NCBI GenBank assembly: GCA_030390025.1
Contig: CM059438.1
Span: 65,598,001-65,662,000 of the forward strand
Length of the DNA: 64,000 bases
DNA from: Squalus acanthias
Lineage: Eukaryota
Reading direction: 5' to 3'
Part shown: in pieces, positions 1 to 12,547 of the stretch
How the letters are laid out: every line of letters begins with the position of its first letter
How positions within the stretch are numbered: position 1 is the first letter of the stretch
Translations under genes and position numbers: made by a program
The notes under the pieces: model-generated
What the model saw: only the letters and a program-made list of their open reading frames with translations
Database searches by the model: none
What the model was told of the DNA's origin: nothing

Positions 1-341
1 TACACTTACAGTGATTACACTTAATTTATCAGCACTGATGCACTTCAGAGAGCTATATAAATGCAAATTATTTCTTTCCTTGAAGTAATTTCTTAAATGT
101 ATAGATAGCCCCAGCATTGAAAACAAAAAACTGAATAAACCACTTGTAGACTTGTGCTGAACTGCACTTAAATGTAGTAGATTTTTCTCCTGAGCTGCAT
201 TTATACTGCCACTTTTTAGTTGGTGCAAATCACATAATGGCATAAGTGGCAGTCGAACTCAGAGAGCAGAATGACCTATGCCAGGTGGCCATCTTGCCCT
301 GGTTTGTGCTCTCAAAACATGTCAGCCATGGCTCAGTATGT

Positions 342-802
342 GTCAGCCGTGGCTCAGTGGGTAGCACCCTCACCTCTGAGTCAGAAGGTTGTGGGTTCAA
401 GGCCCACTCCAGGGACTTGAGCAAAAAAATCTAGGCTGACACTCCAGTGCAGTGCTGAGGGAGTGCTGCACTGACGGATGTGCCATCTTTTGGATGAGAT
501 GTTAAACAAAGGCCCTGTCGTAAAAGATCCCATGGCACTATTTCAAAGAAGAGCAGGAGAGTTATCACCGGTGTCCTGGCCAATATTTATCCCTCAATAA
601 ACATCACTAAAAACAGATTATCTGGTCATTAGCACATTGCTGTTTGTGGGAGCTTGCATGCGCAAATTGGCTGCCACTTTTCCTACATTACAACAGTGAT
701 TACACTTCTAAAGGTACTTCATTGGCTGTAAAGCGCTTTGGGACATCTGGTGGTCATGAAAGGCGCTATGTAAATGCAAGTTCTCTCTTCTTTCTTTCTT
801 TC
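342..802 (+). mobile_element. tRNA-derived SINE (DeuSINE/SacSINE1-like), near full length
   Basis: A-box/B-box head (GTGGCTCAGTGG...GGTTCAAGGCCC), conserved body and an L2-like tail (GCGCTATGTAAATGCAAG + TTTC repeats); many homologous copies in the window. Confidence 0.8.
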
Positions 803-1689
803 TGCATCATGTTTGAACCTAGGTATTAGTGTTGTCAGGCAATTTGACCACAGAGAGCAACCAAGCCAGTTCCTGCACTCACCCGGTGTTCACTCATTCA
901 CATTCCCTGGTTAATGATCAGGGAGAGGAAACCTGGCTGATTTTCTGCCCCTAGCTTAAGGGCAGTGTGACCACCGTCTGCCATTCTAGCTGAGATCAGC
1001 AAGCTTGGCACACAACAGGGATAGAATCTGGAGCCTTCCTGGTCTCTGGGATTTAGCAGCCCCCAGGCTATGTGGTCATCCACTAGGCCATCAGGGGAAC
1101 TCTATTTGAGCTGCTATTTCTAAAAAGAATGTAAGGGAATGAGCTCATAGCAGTGATCTGTGAACTATTGTTCTCATTTGACTTAATTACATTATTTTCA
1201 CCTTACAAAACATTATTTTCGACTTTCCTCTGCATGTTCAAGAGGGATTTTGGATGCTGATGTACTGGGTGTATAGGTTTACCATGGTGCCAGATCAGGT
1301 TCTCAGAACAACTCAAAGTGGCTTGCAACCAATAAACTATTTTTGAGCGCAGTTACTGCTGTTATGTAGGCAAACACAGCAGCCAATCTCTCCACAAGGC
1401 TTCACAATCAGCAAAACAGATGAATGACCAGTTAATCCACGTTTGGTGATGTTGGTTGAAGTGTGTGAGATTTACATCAGAAATAATGGAGAACACATTG
1501 GGACTGAGAGGCAACACAATTCATCAATTAATCAATTGTATCTTTGAAAGGGAACATTATCATGGGGTTTGCTTTATTTCAATTTAAAATACTTCTCCCA
1601 GAAACATGCTTGGAGTTACTTTAGTTACATTGCAGCATTGGGGTCAACAGGAGAGAGGTTGATTCCCACTCAAAAAAAATGACAGCAGT

Positions 1690-2010
1690 CCAAAGATGGA
1701 CCATACTTTGGATGGACAGAAGTATAAAAAAAGGTAAAACCTGGAACAATATTTCAAGTTAAAAAGATGTTGGTAAAACAAGGGGATACAGGTTCAAACA
1801 AGTAGAAGGCAAATTTAGGACAAAAGTTCCCCCCCCCCCCCCCAAAGAGTGGTTAACATATAGAATGGATTTCTGGGTAAGGTACTGGAGGGAAAAACTT
1901 TGGAATCATTCAAGAATCAGTTAAATGTTGTGATGAAGGACTGCAGGTTTATTTTCCTGGAGGTAGGATGGGGCAACTGGCCTTCCTCAACCATAGCTAC
2001 ATTGTGAATT
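1690..2010 (+). mobile_element. Heavily decayed CR1 LINE 3' fragment
   Basis: Residual similarity to the CR1 ORF2 end and 3'UTR seen in better copies (e.g. 38390-38923); boundaries approximate. Confidence 0.45.
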
Positions 2011-2417
2011 TGATGCACCATGGATTATTTTGAGCAGAGAGAACTGGTACGATGAGACTTAATGAGACGCTGTGCCATGTGATCTTTGAAATTAATAATT
2101 TTTAATATATATATTTTGCATTCTGTCTTAGTCTAAAAGGTTTATTGAGTTGATACATTGTAATGATCCTTTCCCCATTCGCATGCCAAAACTGTTACGA
2201 CGTGAACAAAATCACCTTGAAACAACAAATAATAATTCTTCTGACTAATCCTTCCCTGATTCCCATCTGGTGCTGCGCTCATCAAATTACAATAAATCAC
2301 ATCAGACGCCAGTTGTAAAAAATCGCTTCAATGAAAAAACAATCAATTATAACTTCAACATTTACAGAAAGCTTGGCACTGGAGCCACGCCACAAAGTTG
2401 AGGAAATTCCACGTAGA

Positions 2418-2801
2418 GAGCCTGAAATTTTCACCTGTGCCTTTTCTCTAACGGTTTCCGCCGATCTTCCGGTAAAGTTACAACGGGAGACCGGGAGATT
2501 CTCCGTGGAAAGTCCACGTTAGAACAGTCTGCCTCACTTCTGTGAAGGAGATCTTCCTGAAATTCACTTCGCTGTTAAACTGCAACACCATTTCTCTCTC
2601 TTGTGAAGATGAGGGGCAACGAGTTGCAGCTACCTTAAGGGTAGAATTTTTAGGGGCGTTCTCCCAATCTCCCGCCGTAAATTCAGCAGGAGATCAGCAG
2701 AGACACCAGACAAGCGCTCGGACATTTGCACCATTTCTTTGGGCTTGCCGCCAAAGTTACAGCGGGAAATCAGGAGAACCCCTGGCAGGAATTCTACTCC
2801 A
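2418..2801. mobile_element. Degenerate MITE-like element
   Basis: Ends loosely resemble Harbinger-type TIRs (..GAAATTTTC / GGAATTCT..); internal repeat AAAGTTACA-CGGGA occurs twice; CpG-rich. Confidence 0.3.
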
Positions 2802-3446
2802 TGGGCTGAGTTCTCATTAGGTTTGTTTGGCTGTGATTTCTCACTCACTGTGTAACTCTGATTACTGTGTGATGACCATGCCACAAGCCAAGTGATGGCT
2901 GCAACTACTTGGCTCTTACTCTTAGCTTTAGTTGGCATGAAATAAGTGCGGTTCTAATCTCCATGCAAAGGGGCCATAGATTCTCAAATCAAATGTCAAG
3001 GGCTATGCAACTCAGGGATATATCAAGCATAAAAACGTTCAGAACTACCCTGAATTGATTTATATGCAAGTTTAAACAGTCATTTTTCCTAATTATATTT
3101 CTAGAATGTTTATAGCAGTATTAAAGGAAATTGGTTTATATAGACCATTGGCCTCTGTTAAAAAGATTGGTGTGTAACCATGGCACCGTTTCTGTTTATG
3201 TGCTTTTGATAAATAGACAAGTCAATACAGAAATATAACCTGAACTGAAACAGGTTCTTGATTTTGAGTTTCAATGTTGCATTGGTATAAAAATCCATCA
3301 GCGAAATGTTTATAAAACCTCTTCACCAATCATAAATGTTTTATAATCCGAATTCATTTCATGAAAAAATCATGAAGTCTTTATTTGTTATGATGAAGTA
3401 CTGGCAAACACAACACAGTGAATGCCAGATTCATTCCACAATATCG

Positions 3447-3846
3447 AAAGAAAGACTTGCTTTTAAATGGCACCTTTCACGCACTCGGGACATTCCAAAG
3501 CGCTTTATAGCCAATTAAGTACTTTGTGAAATGTAGTCACTGTTGTAATGTAGGAAGCGCTGCAGCCAATTTGCGAACAGCAAACAGCAATGTAATAAAT
3601 AAACAGATAATCTGTTTTAGTGATGTTGGCTGAGGGATACATTTTGGCCAGGATACCAGGGAGAACTCACCTGCTCTTCTTCAAAAGTACCATCGCAACT
3701 TTTTAGGGCACCTCCAACAGTGTAGCGCTCCCTCAGTACTGCACTGGAGAGTCACCCTAGATTTTTGTGCTCAAGTCTTTTGGATTAAGACTTGAACCCA
3801 CAACCTCCTGACTGAGAGGTGAGAGTGCTACCACTGAGCCATGGCT
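3447..3846 (-). mobile_element. tRNA-derived SINE (DeuSINE/SacSINE1-like)
   Basis: Reverse-complement match to 342-802 with an internal deletion. Confidence 0.8.
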
Positions 3847-3905
3847 ATCTCTTGCCTGAAGACCCAAAAACCTAGCAAAAACTCGACAGTAGCAGTGACA
3901 TTTTA

Positions 3906-4020
3906 GGAACATAAGAAATAGGAGCAGGAGTAGGCCGTACGGCCCCCCTTGAGCCTGCTCTGCCATTCAATAAGATCATGGCTGAACTTGTACATCAACT
4001 CCACTTTCCCACCCTATCCT
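3906..4020 (-). mobile_element. CR1 LINE 3'UTR tail
   Basis: GAACATAAGAAATAGGAGCAGGAGTAGGCC... is the reverse complement of the CR1 tail at ~11400-11463. Confidence 0.75.
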
Positions 4021-4796
4021 GTAGGCTTTCTGAATGTGACTGCCAATTAGTGGTGAATTAGGGGCAGTTTCTTGCTGTGGGCCCATGCCTATGGGATCTG
4101 GATTGAGACAGCTCAAGTTTGTTTCATATTGGAACCTGTAGCCAGCAAGCAGAGCGGACGATCATCCCATCAGTTTGGTTACAAGGTGAAAGGTCAGTGC
4201 CTAACCCAACTTTTGAGTATGACTCAGGCTGCGACAGACAAGTCATTTCAACCTCTGGATGTGTGTGCTGGACTAATCATAAAATTACTTTTAGTAGAAC
4301 ATGCAGCAATGAGACCAAGAGTCAAAACTGCAGTATGCCAGAATTTTTATAAATAGTTTTTAAACTACAATCATAATACAATGTATGTACATGAATGTAA
4401 CAGCAAGGCATAAGACATTGCATTATTTTAAAGTAAAAAAAAACTTACCTTCCTGTCAGCTGACCTTTTTATAGCTCTGAAATGTTATAATAAAATAATG
4501 TCACACAATGAAGGTAAATTAGACATGCATAGTGATAACAAAGGATTGCGTAAATCAAAATTACAGACAGTTAAAGCGACATAAAATCCACCATGACAAC
4601 TTAAAAGTAAATTTAGAATCTGTATATATCATAAATAATTTAAAACATGCTTGAAATTTTGCTGGAGGCTGTAAGACACACTCAAGATTCAGCCAGTGTT
4701 TGAAAAAAATCCAAATCTCTTGAGAGACACGCAGCCTTGTAATTCACTTTTAGCCATTTTCCGTATCTTAACTTATTTCAACCAATAAGAATCATT

Positions 4797-5644
4797 GGGT
4801 GAGAAATTCAGTATCGCCCCGTTTGGGGCGCGATTATCGGCCGGGCGCAAAGTTTAGCACATGGCGCTAATTATCGCCTCCGACTGCAAACTTGGCTTCT
4901 ATCGCCCCTGGAGGTGATTGGAACACTAAATCAGGCGCTGCACACCTGTCTTAAGGTACAAACGCCGAGGAGCGAGGCGCTAACTCAGAGCGCTGGCGAA
5001 GCTCATGTGATGTCAGTCAGCAATGGAACACAGACACACTGGCGCCGGCCAGTTCTTAAAGGGGAGGGTCGATCTTGCTCTCCATCCACACCCTGCTCAT
5101 TGCAGCCTTGAATCTAGGCCTGGAGAGACCTGTACATCAAATCTGTTGGAAAGAACAATGGAGAGACCCAGGGAAAGAGCTCAGAGTGCAGCCCCCATAA
5201 TCTCTTCTAAATCGATGCGAGGAAGATCAAATAAAAAAGAACCTGCAAAGTGCTGCTCAATACCCAAAGCTCCTCAACACAGCTTTGAATATCTCCTGCA
5301 GTCTCTCTCTCTCACTCAGAATGCGTGGTAAAAAAATTTTGCCGACAAAAAAAGGCAGGAAGCGGTCGCCTTTAAATAGCGCTCCCCCAGTCCCTTCCCG
5401 ACTGCAAGACGCTCCCCTCAACCTGTCGTTGCTAGCGGCAGGTGATAAGACAGGGGGCGCCACTCAATATCTGATCTGCGGGCGCAGGAGATCGTGGCGG
5501 TAGTGTTTAGCGCCGCCGCAAAATGTCAAGTCAATTTCGTGAGCGGCACAAACATCGCCGTGCCCGGGCGCTAGTTGCTTTGCGCCACATTAGTGCCCTC
5601 TTAAGGCGCTAATGGGAGGCGCAAACCAACCGAATTTTTCCCCC
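4797..5644. mobile_element. Non-autonomous Harbinger-like element (MITE)
   Basis: 13-bp imperfect TIRs GGGTGAGAAATTC / GAATTTTTCCCCC flanked by a 3-bp TSD ATT (4794-4796, 5645-5647); CpG-rich subterminal repeats. Confidence 0.7.
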
Positions 5645-6600
5645 ATTCTGTTAACGAAAAAGGTTAGGACCATAAAATGGTACGTGACCAGGAGAGACCA
5701 CGACAGACCCATACCTCACACTGTTCTATCACTTATACCCTTCCACACCTTCCTCTGGCAAAGATCTATCCTGTTCCCTGATGATATTTGCCAACACTAT
5801 CCACCTCCATTGCCCCCCGGGACAGTCTGCTCCATTTATTGACTGCCTTCCGTTCAACTTCACTCTTGTGAGCTGAAGTCACATGAAGCTAGATAATGTC
5901 TGGAACTATCGTAAAGCAAAAGGCAAAACCTTTACTCGAACTCCTTTCTCATTATTTACAGGCAATTTCTCCCGACCTCAAGCGCAACAGCTTAATCAAC
6001 CCAAAAATGCTATTCTGTGAGTTGCGTCAATGATGTCTCCTTTACTGACAGGAGAATGAGTGCTTTCTAAACCAGTTGTGCGCCAGTCAAAACTTTTAAG
6101 ATAACTTGGAGATTTAAAAAAACGATATCTTTTTAAATGACTCTACACTTTTCAAAGGTGTGATTATTTTTAGAAAGTGTACCGCAGTATTTATATGATG
6201 CAGCACATTTAAGTCTGCTGAGGTATAGAGCGACAGGGCACTCGGTAGGAGTTTAAGGTCATGTCATCAAAGGAGCTAATACAAGTAGAGCAAAGAAATG
6301 ACTTTAATTGGGATTTGGGTGGTTCAAGCTTCCAGTCAGGGTTGTGAAGGCCGGGGACGTGAGACAATAAACGTCAGGCAGTCAGCACAATTTACGAAAA
6401 TGCCATCAGTTCTAAATCCCGAAAGAATTGTGGTAAGTTCTAAAAGACAAAATGTCTTCAAAGGTTACACAAAATGCAGCGTTTTTTTTCCTCTTCCCTC
6501 CTCAGCTTATTTTCGATGTTGTTAGTAACTCTGCGAGCTCCTTTTTTTCTTATTCTGCCATTTTGAAGGTTCTTTGCTGCTACCATATCAGGATCCCTGC

Positions 6601-6602
6601 TC

Positions 6603-6640
<38 letters not shown>
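6601..6640. repeat. (CT)n microsatellite
   Basis: Directly visible. Confidence 0.95.
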
Positions 6641-6642
<2 letters not shown>

Positions 6643-6771
6643 GAAACCAGGTTGGTTCTGTTTACAGCTTCCATTACTTTAGCCAGCTGGAATTGTAAGC
6701 TTTCCTAAGGACTGAAGATATAAATCCTACAACTGCATCTGTGAACTAGTGTGCATTGCCACTGGGCTATT

Positions 6772-7376
6772 AAGAGCAGGTCAGAGGCTGGGTATTCTGC
6801 AGCGAGTGACTCACCTCCTGACTCCCCAATGCTTTTCCACCATCTACAAGGCACAAGTCAGGAGTGTGATGGAATACTCTCCACTTGCCTGGATGAGTGC
6901 AGCTCCAACAACACTCAAGAAGCTCAACACCATCCAGGACAAAGCAGCCCGCTTGATTGGCACCCCATCCACCACCTTAAACATTCACTCCCTCCACCAC
7001 CGGCTGGAGTGTGTAGCATCTACAAGATGCACTGCTGCAGCTCGCCAAGGCTTCTTCGGCAGCACCTCCCAAACTCGCGACCTCTTCCACCTAGAAGGAC
7101 AAGGGCAGCAGGCGCATGGGAACACCACCAACTCCAAGTTCCCCTCCAAGTCACACACCATCCTGACTTGGAAGTATATCGCCGATCCTTCATCGTCGCT
7201 GGGTCAAAATCCTGGAACTCCCTACCTAACAGCACTGTGGGAGTACCTTCACCACACGGACTGCAGCGGTTCAAGAAGGCGGCTCACCACCACCTTCTCA
7301 AGGGCAATTAGGGATGGGTAATAAATGCTGGCCTTGCCAGCGACGCCCATATCCCATGAACGAATTTTTAAAAAAG
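6772..7376 (+). mobile_element. 5'-truncated non-LTR retrotransposon 3' end (RTEX-like)
   Basis: ORF2 C-terminus (..IYKAQVRSVMEYSPLAW.., frameshifted ..SKSWNSLP..) followed by a 3'UTR with AATAAA and an A-rich end; clade assignment from memory. Confidence 0.65.
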
Positions 7377-7539
7377 CTATAGGAGAAAAGCTTTCGTAAT
7401 TTTATCAGAGTATCTTGTGATTTGACTGTTAGTCGTTAAAAATCATCATATTCTCATAAGGGCAACTGATCAATTCTCGTAGAGCTTGTAATGATACAGT
7501 ACGATCATTTATTGATATTTCTTTACTTCAACAAGAGTC

Positions 7540-7690
7540 AATCATAGAATCATAGAATAGTACAGCACAGAAGGAGGCCATTTGGCCCATCGAATCTGCA
7601 CCGGCTGTTTCAAAGAGCAATCCAGTTGGTCCTACTCCCCCGCTCCTTCCCCATATCCCTGCAATTTTTTCTCATTCAAGTATTTATCGA
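7540..7690 (-). mobile_element. CR1 LINE 3'UTR tail
   Basis: (AATCATAG)n terminal repeat and CR1 tail motif CAGCACAGAAGGAGGCCATT. Confidence 0.75.
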
Positions 7691-7897
7691 TGTTTCATAT
7701 TAATTTGACAATTTAATTTAGAGATGTTTCCTCAATAAAGTGTATCTGACAATATCTAACTTCGGCAAGAGTTTGAACCTAAACTGCAAGAATCTGAAAG
7801 ATAGAAGCAGGGTCTCAGCTGGTCAATAGGGCCATGTATAAAGGTGTTTCAGACTTGAATAAAATCCTTGACTTTGCATTCAGTCTTGGATTGCAAT

Positions 7898-8365
7898 GAA
7901 AGAAAATAAGACTTGTATTTATATAGCGCCTTTCACGACCACCGGACATCTCAAAGCGCTTTACAGCCAATGAAGTACTTTTGGAGTGTAGTCACTGTTG
8001 TAATGTGGGAAACGCAGCAGCCAATTTGCGCACAGCAAGCTCCCACAAACAGCAATGTGAAACTGACCAGATAATCTGTTTTTGTTATGTTGATCGAGGG
8101 ATAAATATTGGCCAGCGACACCGGGATAACTCCCCTGCTCTTCTTTGAAATAGTGCCAAGGGATCTTTTATGTCCACCTGCTAAAGCAGACGGGGCCTCA
8201 GTTTAACGTCTCATCCAAAAGATGGCACCTCCGACAGTGCAGCACTCCCTCAGCACTGCACTGGAGTGTCAGCCTAGATTTATGTCCTCAAGTCCCTATG
8301 GGACTTGAACCCACAACCTTCTGACTCAGAGGTGAGTGTGCTACCCACTGAGCCACAGCTGACAC
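7898..8365 (-). mobile_element. tRNA-derived SINE (DeuSINE/SacSINE1-like), full length
   Basis: Full-length reverse-complement homologue of 342-802. Confidence 0.85.
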
Positions 8366-8911
8366 CATGACCCCTAAAATATAAGGGCCTCGATTTTGGA
8401 TGGAACATATGTCAGGTGGGCGGTGGGCAGAGCCATGCCAGCCATTTTGATAGCCAGGCCTTGTTTATATTTGGCAGACGAGCTGCTAGCGTGAATCTTG
8501 CTGCTCACAGGCAGCTCGCTGTTTGGAAGGGTGAGAGGAGCCTCATAGAATGATAGAAATTGCAGTACAGGAGGAAGCCATTGGGCTGTAAGTACTGGTG
8601 CTGGTGCTGGCGTGGGTGCACTCTCCTGTAACCCCATTCCTCCCCCAGGTCCTTTTATATTTCTCCTTATCCATTACCTTTTAGATGATGTACTAGTCTC
8701 TGCCTCAAAAGCCACTTGTGGTGAAACATCCCATGGTCTAATAGCCCGCACTGCAAAAATCTTCTTTCTCCCTTTGTTCTTCTGGTGAGAATCCTTGGTC
8801 TCCATCTCCCTAGTGGAAACAGTCTGTCACTAATTACCCACAGTGAACATAGCAACACAGGAACAGGAATACTCCATCTGCCACAGTTTTTTCCCACGCA
8901 CTTATCTATCA

Positions 8912-9778
8912 GGGCTGGATTTTACCAGCCCTGAGGAGGCGGGTTTGGAGGCGGGACTCCTGAGAAATTGGGTAAAATTAGGAGTGGGTCCCAACCCCGC
9001 TCCCAACCCGCCTCCGAACCATCTTCCCGGGAGGCGGGTCCCTGACTCGCGCAGGGACCCGTCTCCTAGCAGCGGGAAGGGGACTAGTGCCAATTAACTG
9101 CCTGTTACCAGGTAGTAAACAGGCAGTTAAGAAGCTTTTCCCCATTTTCAGCCTGCTGATGCGACCTTCCCGATGGCGGGAAACCCAGCCAGGGTCAGCG
9201 AGGCGAGCTGTGGGTCTGCTGCAGTGTAAGTGTGCAAATGACAGCTGCAGAGGTAGTGTGATGGGTGCAATTGTGCACAGGTAAGTATGACAGGTGAGAG
9301 AATGTAGTGAGAAATATTTTTATTCTGTTTATATGTATCTGCAGGTGACAAGATTTGATGTTTCTGTGAAGCCTCATCTGATCGGAAGAATTGACAGATG
9401 GCTTCTGCAATCTCACATGAAGCTGCCATCTGTTTTCTTCTAAGGAGTGAGTCATTGGTGAGCCTTGGTGCAAGGGCTCAGCTTTGGACAGTGATTGTCA
9501 GTGTTTGACAGCACCTCAATACTGTCAAACACTGACAATTCATCTGTCAAAAATTTATGGGGCCGGTTCCTTTAAGAAAACCGGCAGATGAAGCGCCATG
9601 CACTGACGTCATCTGACACCGGCTTTCCCTTAATTGGCTGGCAAGCACGCAGAGCGGGCTTAGCAAGGCCAATCAAGGGAAAATAGCGTCTGTTCGTCAG
9701 ATGTCGCTGGGGGCGGAACTAGAACCCGGAAACCAGCAGTCCCGCTCCCAACGCGCCTCCTCTGGTAAGATCGCGGCC
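8912..9778. mobile_element. Non-autonomous Harbinger derivative (MITE I; family I/J)
   Basis: TIRs GGGCTGGATTTTACC / GGTAAGATCGCGGCC; TSD TCA (8909-8911, 9779-9781); right ~280 bp homologous to the Myb-promoter end of the element at 24401-26154; homologous to 53971-54809. Confidence 0.8.
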
Positions 9779-10877
9779 TCAATGTCCATTTGCAACTTTC
9801 AAGGTTTCCAGGTTTCACTCAGCTGGTTTACTGGCTGCTCCTTCTAAGCACTGCTCCCACTCATTATGTTGCTACTGCTGTTCCTGGCTCTGCAGGAAAT
9901 GCTGGGCCCCACACCCATGCCCACCCCATTCACCATTCCCCCTCTTTCCATCCCACCTAAGCTCCAATCCTCCTGACCCCGAGTCCGCAGACTCCCTCTC
10001 TCCTCCCACCCAAGTACCAACCCCCGGCCCCCAGTCGCCCTCTCTCCCTCTACCTGGGCCCCAATCTCTCTGCCCATTAACCAGTCTCTCTCTCTTCCTC
10101 CGAGCCTCCAACCTCCGCCCCCATTTCAAAGTCTCCCGCTCTCCCTCTGAGCATGCATCCCCAGCTACACGCTGCTTAGTACCAGATGAGATAGTTCATT
10201 TACCAACTGAGCCACTGAAGGTGCTTCCGACTGTTGTCCACTTAATAGACCCAACTTTCACACAAATGTTTAAAAGAGTGTTCTTTATTTAACTTTATAT
10301 TTCAAATGGGAGAAAAATTATTCTTCTGGAGGATTTGGTTTATTGTACCTTTATTACAGCGAGTCTTACACAATCTGAAATTAAAAAAGACAGTCCTAAT
10401 TTCCTCTATACGATCAGCCAGGGGACCAGAACCAGCCTAGAAAATGGGTTGATGCTTCAAGATGGAGCTGTAGCCAGTTAAGTCAAAATGGTTGCCTTGG
10501 TCAGGTAGCAACAAAATCATTGCAGAAGGGGAAGGCCATTCAGCCCATCCTAGCCTTGCCATTCAGGACTGTTCCTCATCACAACATCCGACTGTTTCTC
10601 GAATGATGCCATGGATTTCGTCTCCGCAACCTTACTGCATTACACTTGTTGATCTTTTTTGAAGAACTACAATTGAAATTAGTTTAAATTCATCTTTTAA
10701 AATATGTGTAAAGTTAAATTCAACAATGCTGTGCTACTGGAATGAGCCTCACTAGATTGGAGTACTGGTTGGAGAATCGGGCCAAGAGCCTTATCTCTGG
10801 CTTCCATCTCATAAAGCCACACTCCAGTAAAGGTAGCCTCATCAAATATAGTGTGAAAAATAACAGCTATATCGAGA

Positions 10878-11463
10878 AATTGTACAGGGCTTTGGTGAGA
10901 CCACACCTGGAGTACTGTGCACAGTTTTGGTTTCCTTATCTAAGGAAGGATATACTCGCCTTAGAGGCGGTGCAACCAAGGTTCACTAGATTGATTCCTG
11001 GGATAAGAGGGTTGTCCAATGAGGAGAGATTGAGCAGATTGGGGCTGTACTCTCTGGAGTTTGGAAGAATGAGAGGTCATCTCATTGAAACATATAAGAT
11101 TCTGAGGGGGATTGACAGGGTAGATGTTGAGAGATTGTTTCCCCTGGCTGGAGAGTCTAGAACTAGGGGGAATAGTCTCAGGATAAGGAGTCGGCCTTTT
11201 AAGACTGAGTTGAATCGGAATTTCTTCACTCAGAGGAATGAGAATCTTTGGAATTCTCTACCCCAAAGGGCTGTGGATGCTGAGTTGTTGAATATATTCA
11301 AGGTTGAGATAGAAAGATTTTTGGACTCATGGGGAATCAAAAGATATGGAGATCGGGTGGGAAAGTGGAATTGAGGTCGAAGATTAGCCATGATCTTATT
11401 GAATGGCGGAGCAGGCTCGAGGGGCCATATGGCCTATCCTGCTCCTAATTCTTATGTTCTTAT
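10878..11463 (+). mobile_element. CR1 LINE 3' fragment (ORF2 C-terminus + 3'UTR)
   Basis: LYRALVRPHLEYCAQFW...FFTQR..LWNSLP motifs; CTTATGTT-type tail. Confidence 0.9.
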
Positions 11464-12547
11464 AAATGATTACCAAGTAGAAATCTGGTTTAGTTAACAT
11501 CATAAACTGAGAGTGAACTGTGAACAGCTTTGACTGTCAACTGTAGTCAATGCCATGTGTATGCTCCTTACAGTGTATATGCTGGAATTTGTGGAAACAG
11601 CTTTATTTTGTTTCGCTAGTTTTTTCTTTAGTTGGTAGCAGGTTTCATACCTTTCATCGAGGCCTGGCACTCCATGTGCTGACGCATAATTATCTTAACT
11701 GCAGGAGTAATAACTTCTGACATATTTATTGCAAATTTGACAGGTGTTAGCCATAAGTTGATTAGGACACAACAATATTGTCAGTTTCTATTATCATTTT
11801 AATCAGTTGGTATAATCACAATATCAGCAGTTCTACCTTTATTGGCTAATTAATCCCTTTTAAAAATGTTGAATACATCAATGTGCTACACACTGTCTTC
11901 TTCTTCTCTTCCATGCCTAACGGCGCATGGGACGAACCATTTTTCCACTGCTTTACATCCAGCAGATGGTGCTCTGGGTTGTTTCCAAATTAAAGTCCTT
12001 TTCTTACGTGGTCAGGCCTTTAGCACGACTCGCAACTCCCTACCAGGAGAACCGTCTGGATGTGATGGAGAGATTTCTAGTCCACTCTCATCGGACGTGA
12101 GTATCTCGCTAGATATCAACCCAGTAGTCAGAGGCTCGAGCTCTGGTATTCTGCTTGCTGGTGCTGCGGTGTGGGGAGGTGGGGCTACACCAGTCCCATT
12201 GGACATGAATGTACTGCTGGGTGTCAACCCAGTATTTAAAGACCGGGACTGTCTGGTGTGGGCTCGAACTCATGGGGGCGATTTTCCCAATGGAGGCGGG
12301 TTTCGGTTTGGGTGGGCTCCAAACTCGCCTCCACTGAGAGGTGGGAAAATATTGCGATTTTCCCCTAATTGGCCAGTTGATTTCAGAGGTGTGGGTTGCC
12401 CCTGGGCCAATTAGTGTTTTGGGACTGAAACCCGCCTCTGCTGACATCACTTATCCAGCTTCATTTAAGGGCTGCTTGCTGCCTTGGCTCATTCCACTGG
12501 ATTTTTGTCGATGCTGCACCACCTCCAACATTTGTTCAGCTTCAACA

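Noticed and set aside
342..415. tRNA gene
   Set aside because: The tRNA-like head continues into a SINE body and tail repeated many times in the window
11866..12414. 182-aa plus-strand ORF as a gene
   Set aside because: Crosses unique DNA, a SINE remnant and a transposon TIR; no recognisable motif
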